DNA of 61,877 nt, counting the filler. It is 5 parts of 5 records of this genome, joined end to end, with 100 filler letters (N's around TTAATTAATTAA, not from the genome) between each part and the next. Parts side by side here need not be neighbours in the genome. Positions count along the whole stretch, not along the records: positions 51,670 to 61,877 come from SRR20825019_2494; 4 more parts are not named here. The stretch is one strand, 5' to 3'. Positions within the stretch are counted from its first letter, which is position 1. Each line of letters opens with the position of its first letter. A program made the position numbers and the translations under genes. A model generated the notes under the pieces. It saw nothing but the letters and a program-made list of their open reading frames with translations, did no database searches and had not been told where the DNA came from. Positions 56,933 to 61,877 of this stretch are shown here, one piece after another.

Positions 56933-57067
56933 TGTTGAAAAGTGGTGAAGTGCGATCTTATCATATTTAAAGAGAGGGGGAAACGAGGGTAATGGAACGT
57001 AGACGGGACATGAAAAAACAATTCAAACATTAACAACAGATAATCAAAGGGTGCAAAGATGTGACCT

Positions 57068-58690
57068 CTAAATGTCATTACTAATTAACACGTGCTGCTT
57101 CTTTCTCTTGAGGGGGGCTAAGCTACGTACCCTGGATATGAGCGACACGACCCATGTGGATGCAAACCACCACTTCCTCCTTCCCAACGCCTCAGTGAAG
57201 GCATCTGGGGGGCGCAGGATCGGCACACCGGTCCGTAGTCGTGCCTCGCTTCTCAGTAGGTCGTAATATCTCATAGACGCCAGTCCCAGACCGCTATCAT
57301 TGAACAGGCTGCCCACTACGGGATTCTCCCCCACCAACGTCTCATTGAGCGACCTTAGCATCTCGGGGCTTAGCCGTCTCCTTCCGGCGAATACCTGGGC
57401 TACAAAGTCGGATTGGGCCTCCATCATCATGAAGGGTGGGAACATGCCGGTAGGGAGGCCTACGAAGGCAATAGTGGGGACGTCCTTCCAAATACAGCCC
57501 AGTAGCAGTCCGCGATCGTCGGTGTAACGTTGGGCTAGGGCCCCCTCCTCGCTACCAATCTCTCTGTGCTTACCTCCGGCGGTAAGTCGTCGAACAGCGG
57601 CGGGCTCGAGAATGGAGCGCATAGAGTCGGGGAGGAAGGGCATTCGGTACTGGTACCCTGTGGCAAAGAAGACAGCATCTACATCTGTGACCACCTCCCC
57701 CACATCGTCGCTACCGTCGGCCTTGGGCACGGTACCGCGAACACCACTACGCTCTAATTCATCTAAATGGTCTGACATTGACATCTTTGGCTTTGATGCA
57801 GCAGCAAAGTATAAATCGCGGCCCTCCACTCTCCTAAGGATGCCCACCTTGGGTACATCCACTCCATCGTGTAGACGTGTGGCCATCAGCGTCCTAATGA
57901 ACTTTTCGGCCCTCTTCGAATCAGTACCCCACAAGGAGAGGATACGCTCAGCTAGTGCACTAGCCGATGCTGGTGCTGGAGGGGCACCACCCACCCAGGT
58001 AGTGGCGGGGACCACCTCACTGGGCACCTCCCTCGTACAGTGGGTAACATTGGCTCCAATATGGTAGAGTCGCTGGCAGGTCTCCTGGGCTGATGCCCCA
58101 CCTCCTACCACCACCACCTTCTTACCCGAGTACTCCCTCGAGTTGGTGAGGAAACATCCGTGGGAGACGGTGCCGTCATGATCCTTCTCAAAGGACCTGA
58201 GGAGCTCCACCTCAGCGGGATATCTAGGTGCATTACATTGGCCGGTAGCCACCACCACTCTATCAAATATCCACTCGAAGACATCCCCACTGTGTATACC
58301 CACACTGATAAGCTTCCAGCACTGAGTCTTCTCATCGTATCGAAGGCTCTCCACCTTCGTGTTGAAGCGGGTAATAGCGTTGACACCCTTACTATCTGCA
58401 TAGTTTGATAGGTAGTTCTTAACGGCACTGAAATGGGGCAGGGTGGGGGTCTGCATGTCGAACTTCATATCACTGAAAGACATGAGATCCTTAGGGACGA
58501 CACATCGTAGGGAGGGGTGGATGGGGGATAGGATACCCCTTGAGGTGTGGGTAGTGTTGGGGTCGCATGCCCATATACCCCCCGCCTCGGGTGCCACCTC
58601 GAAGCACGTCACCAGGAGGCCTGCCCTCCTAAGCGCCAATGCCGCTGCCATGCCTGCCGGACCACAACCAACAACGGCACATGATAACAT
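57068..58690 (-). CDS. Flavin-containing monooxygenase family protein
   Basis: VVGCGPAG, GGIW, VVATG, VVVVGGGASA, FATGY. Confidence 0.85.
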   Translation of the reverse strand: MLSCAVVGCGPAGMAAALALRRAGLLVTCFEVAPEAGGIWACDPNTTHTSRGILSPIHPSLRCVVPKDLMSFSDMKFDMQTPTLPHFSAVKNYLSNYADSKGVNAITRFNTKVESLRYDEKTQCWKLISVGIHSGDVFEWIFDRVVVATGQCNAPRYPAEVELLRSFEKDHDGTVSHGCFLTNSREYSGKKVVVVGGGASAQETCQRLYHIGANVTHCTREVPSEVVPATTWVGGAPPAPASASALAERILSLWGTDSKRAEKFIRTLMATRLHDGVDVPKVGILRRVEGRDLYFAAASKPKMSMSDHLDELERSGVRGTVPKADGSDDVGEVVTDVDAVFFATGYQYRMPFLPDSMRSILEPAAVRRLTAGGKHREIGSEEGALAQRYTDDRGLLLGCIWKDVPTIAFVGLPTGMFPPFMMMEAQSDFVAQVFAGRRRLSPEMLRSLNETLVGENPVVGSLFNDSGLGLASMRYYDLLRSEARLRTGVPILRPPDAFTEALGRRKWWFASTWVVSLISRVRSLAPLKRKKQHVLISNDI

Positions 58691-58843
58691 TGCCGCGAAC
58701 TATATCATTGAAAAGGGGAAAGAAGAGACATGGAAAAGTAAAGAGCAATCACTACATATCAATAATGCATTTCAATAAAAGTGTTTGTGGGGGAATTAAT
58801 ACGTTTTACTCGATTATTTTATAGATTTACTCGGACTCACTCG

Positions 58844-61147
58844 TTAGTGCTTCTTCATACGGCCACCGTGACGGGGCTTGCTCTTGGCGACCTTAGACTT
58901 GCGCTTGACGGGCTTGGAGCCCTTGGCAATGCGGGCCTCGGAGCGAGCCTCTTGCTTTGACTTACGGATCTTAGCCATCTTGAGCTTCTTGACGACACCA
59001 CCCTTGAGCTTCTCGGCGTCCTTCTTCCTCTTGTCCTTCTGGGCCCTCATCTCGGACTCGTACTTGCGCTCCTTGATGTCACGCTCGCGGGCACGCTCGG
59101 CCTTCTGCTGCTTGAGGAACACCTGCTGCTCCTTCTCTAGGGTCTGCATCTCCTCGGCAAGCTCAGCCTCAACCATCTCGGCCTCCTTGACGTACTTCTC
59201 ACGGTTCTCGATGGCCCTTCGTCGCTGCTCATCCTTGGTGAGGCACCAGGTCCTCTTGGGCTTGGCGGTGATAGAGTCGGTAAGAGTGCTGAGCATGGCG
59301 TCGGCACTGTTGACGCGGCGCTGGGCCTTGTCGATCTTGGCCTCTAGCTCCTCGCCGCTGAGCACCTCACGGACCTCGGGGAAGATGTCATCGACGAGCA
59401 CGCGGGCCTCGGCAAGCTGGTCTAGGGGGATGTCCCTACGCTTGACTGATGCGACCTGATGGTCGTTAATCTTAGAACTAAGGGTGATGACCTTACGCAT
59501 GATCTCGGCATCCTGTACCTCGTGGACCAGAGAGACGGCGGTTCCGTGGTCACCAATACGGGCGGTACGGCCTACACGATGGATGTAGGTGGTGAGGGTG
59601 GGGGGCATATCGAAGTTGATGACAATGTTGACATTGCGGATATCTAGGCCACGGGAGGAGACGTCGGTGGAGAAGAGGAACTGCACCTCGCCGTCAGAGA
59701 AGCGGCGAAGGGATTCTAGTCGCTCCTCCTGGGGCTGGTTACCCTGGAGCTCCTCGGACTGGAGACCTAATAGTTGGAACAGGATGTTTAGTCGGTGAGC
59801 AGTAGTCTTGAACTTGGTGAAGATTAGGGTGGAGTTGGTGAACACACTCTTGCAAATAGCGACCAGATGTTGGGTCTTGATGCGGGAGATGTTGTTGTCA
59901 ATGGTATGCTGGCTGACGCCCTCCTCCTCCTTATCACTTGGGTCGTCGGGGTCGGCGCCCTCCTTGGGCTCCCTCTGACGCTTACGGGCAGCACGGCCGT
60001 CGGACCTTCCGACAACCTTGTTGACCACCTCGGCCACATCATCAGGGGTGATATCCTCGACGGAGGTCTTGATACGGATGAACTGCTGCTTGAGCTGGGT
60101 AGCGAGGGCAACGTGACCGATATCAACATTCTTGGGCTTGAACAGGTACTGCTTGGCGAAGTCGTCAACGTCCTTGGTCATGGTGGCAGACACCAGCATC
60201 AGCTGGCGCATGGTCTCCTCGGTGCGGCCAAGGATGGTCTCGACCTGGTCCTTGAGGGTGGTGGAGAGAAGCTTATCGCACTCGTCCAACACGCACACCT
60301 CAACACCAGAGAGGTCGATACCCTTAACGTAGCCCTTGCCGGTAACACCCTTGAAGTTAAGGAGCACGTCGCAGAGACGGCCGGGGGTGGCGATGACAAT
60401 ATCGGGGGCCTGGTCGAGGACGGCCTCCTGGGAGTTGTTGGCCATACCTCCGATGGAGAGGGCGATGGAGATGTCGGTGGTGTACTGGCACAGCTGCTTG
60501 CACATAACCTCGCACTGGGCTCCCAGCTCACGAGTAGGGACCAGCACCAAGGCACGGATATACTTGCGCTTAGAGTTACCCATGACCTGCTTCTTGCTAC
60601 CCTTGGTGGCTAGAAGGTGGATTGTGGGGAGGAGGAAGGCAGCAGTCTTTCCGGATCCGGTGACGGCCCTCATGCAGATATCAATGCCGCGGATGGCATG
60701 GGGGATGGTGGCGGCCTGGACGGGGGTGGGGGCAAGGTAGCCCAACTGTCCGACGGCACGGACGAGAGCCTTGCAGAGGCCCATCTCAACCCATAGGACG
60801 GCATCCTGAAGTTGGTTAGAGTTGTCTGTGTGGCCAGTCTTGGAGAAGTCGGCGATGGCCTCCTCCTCGGCGGTCTGGGCTGCGGTCAGGACAGGCTTTT
60901 CGTTCCTAGCGGCGAACTCGGCCTCCCTCTGGAACTGCTTAGCCAGCCTGGGGTTGAGGTCACTGAAGAAGCCAGTGGTGGAGGAGCGAATCTCGAGCTC
61001 GCCGCCAACGACGGCACCGTTGTCGTTACCACCCTTGTTTCCTCCGTATCCGCCCTTCTTGCCTCCGTTATCATAACCACCCTTGGCACCACCGTAGCCC
61101 CCCTTACCAGCGTTGGTCTTGTAACCGCCTCCTCCGTTGCGACTCAT
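58844..61147 (-). CDS. DEAD-box RNA helicase, DRS1/DDX27-like
   Basis: Q motif PTPVQ, AVTGSGKT, PTRELG, TPGR, DECD, SAT, SRGLD, HRVGRTAR, PKRTW and Lys-rich tail. Confidence 0.9.
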   Translation of the reverse strand: MSRNGGGGYKTNAGKGGYGGAKGGYDNGGKKGGYGGNKGGNDNGAVVGGELEIRSSTTGFFSDLNPRLAKQFQREAEFAARNEKPVLTAAQTAEEEAIADFSKTGHTDNSNQLQDAVLWVEMGLCKALVRAVGQLGYLAPTPVQAATIPHAIRGIDICMRAVTGSGKTAAFLLPTIHLLATKGSKKQVMGNSKRKYIRALVLVPTRELGAQCEVMCKQLCQYTTDISIALSIGGMANNSQEAVLDQAPDIVIATPGRLCDVLLNFKGVTGKGYVKGIDLSGVEVCVLDECDKLLSTTLKDQVETILGRTEETMRQLMLVSATMTKDVDDFAKQYLFKPKNVDIGHVALATQLKQQFIRIKTSVEDITPDDVAEVVNKVVGRSDGRAARKRQREPKEGADPDDPSDKEEEGVSQHTIDNNISRIKTQHLVAICKSVFTNSTLIFTKFKTTAHRLNILFQLLGLQSEELQGNQPQEERLESLRRFSDGEVQFLFSTDVSSRGLDIRNVNIVINFDMPPTLTTYIHRVGRTARIGDHGTAVSLVHEVQDAEIMRKVITLSSKINDHQVASVKRRDIPLDQLAEARVLVDDIFPEVREVLSGEELEAKIDKAQRRVNSADAMLSTLTDSITAKPKRTWCLTKDEQRRRAIENREKYVKEAEMVEAELAEEMQTLEKEQQVFLKQQKAERARERDIKERKYESEMRAQKDKRKKDAEKLKGGVVKKLKMAKIRKSKQEARSEARIAKGSKPVKRKSKVAKSKPRHGGRMKKH

Positions 61148-61268
61148 ACGATACTACTATTGAAAATAAACACAAGATTTAATTCAAACAAGCAACCAAG
61201 AGCAAACAATTTAATATAAATGTTGACAGTAATTCCAAATAGTAAAATTGTACACACATATATGATAT

Positions 61269-61817
61269 TTAATTGGGGGAGGGCTGGTATGATAGTAATA
61301 CGCTTAGGTCGTACACATCTCCCATGGTGAGGGGTTTGTGTTTACCCTCGGCTAGGACACCTGCCTTCAACCCCTCTAGGCCCTGCTGGCTCCCTGGCGC
61401 ATTAAGGGCCTCAGCAAAGGCATCCCTGGGCTCGACTACCAATCTAGGCGATCCAAATAGAAGAGACAACACCGACCCCCACATGGCAATGAGAACCCCC
61501 AAGAAACCCCCACGGGGGGCCCTGTCATTCTCTTTGGGTGCCTCGGGAGGTTTGCTCAGTAGTGACCAGTTAGGGGATGCCCCTCTCACCACAGCGGCCC
61601 CCCTCGAACCCCCCTTCACACCCTTCTGCCCCGCACCATTACCACCACCTGCCCAGGCACTACCCTTAGCCAATGTGCTGGTAGCGATAGTAGACTCCCC
61701 AAACAAATCAAAGAATAATATCTTGAATGTAAAGTATACGGGCCCGATGAAAAAGAAGGCACCTCTCACTGCGGCTACCAGGGCCGCATAGCCCACCCTA
61801 GCCGCCTTCCACACCAT
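61269..61817 (-). CDS. Hypothetical membrane-associated protein, possibly 5'-truncated by the window end
   Basis: ORF on the same strand as the array, with two hydrophobic segments. Confidence 0.5.
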   Translation of the reverse strand: MVWKAARVGYAALVAAVRGAFFFIGPVYFTFKILFFDLFGESTIATSTLAKGSAWAGGGNGAGQKGVKGGSRGAAVVRGASPNWSLLSKPPEAPKENDRAPRGGFLGVLIAMWGSVLSLLFGSPRLVVEPRDAFAEALNAPGSQQGLEGLKAGVLAEGKHKPLTMGDVYDLSVLLSYQPSPN

Positions 61818-61877
61818 CCGGGTTATATCTTCCGCTGTGAACCCCAGCAGTATCGACCCCTCCCCCTTACTACCCCC

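Noticed and set aside
60270-60290. DECD instead of DEAD in the helicase
   Set aside because: Common functional DExD variant

Overview
The window is not one locus. It is five unrelated contigs joined by artificial 100-nt spacers (N-run + TTAATTAATTAA + N-run) at 7648-7747, 25067-25166, 36169-36268 and 51570-51669, as expected from a concatenated metagenome or bin. (1) 1-7647: AT-rich Flavobacteriaceae-type polysaccharide utilisation fragment (GH29 and GH95 fucosidases, S1 sulfatase, divergent GH88). (2) 7748-25066: GC-rich alphaproteobacterial (Hyphomicrobiales-like) contig with a >3000-aa RTX-containing double animal-heme-peroxidase ending in a poly-Asp tract, a convergent NarL-type two-component pair with three tandem GAC-N4-GTC boxes, two LacI regulators, a GH2 and a truncated sugar ABC ATPase. 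(3) 25167-36168: mid-GC alphaproteobacterial contig (Thalassospira-like, inferred) with an orphan solute-binding protein coupled to a hybrid kinase, a small protein resembling a free-standing FliF C-terminal (FliG-binding) tail, an uncharacterised QW-motif protein, TraR/DksA, a secreted HExxH protein, Crp/Fnr and a Cache kinase/LuxR pair. (4) 36269-51569: Hyphomicrobiales glycogen operon (glgP-glgB-glgC-glgA-pgm-glgX), a TetR/SDR pair and a urease operon with interspersed extra genes and a UreG with an atypical G4 motif. (5) 51670-61877: a eukaryotic, intron-less, single-strand gene cluster with polypyrimidine tracts and a mitochondrial HslU, i.e. a compact kinetoplastid-type genome. The best candidates for new biology are the FliF-tail mimic, the peroxidase with its probable dedicated regulator, and the QW-motif protein. 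All family and taxon calls come from motif recognition by eye; no searches were run.
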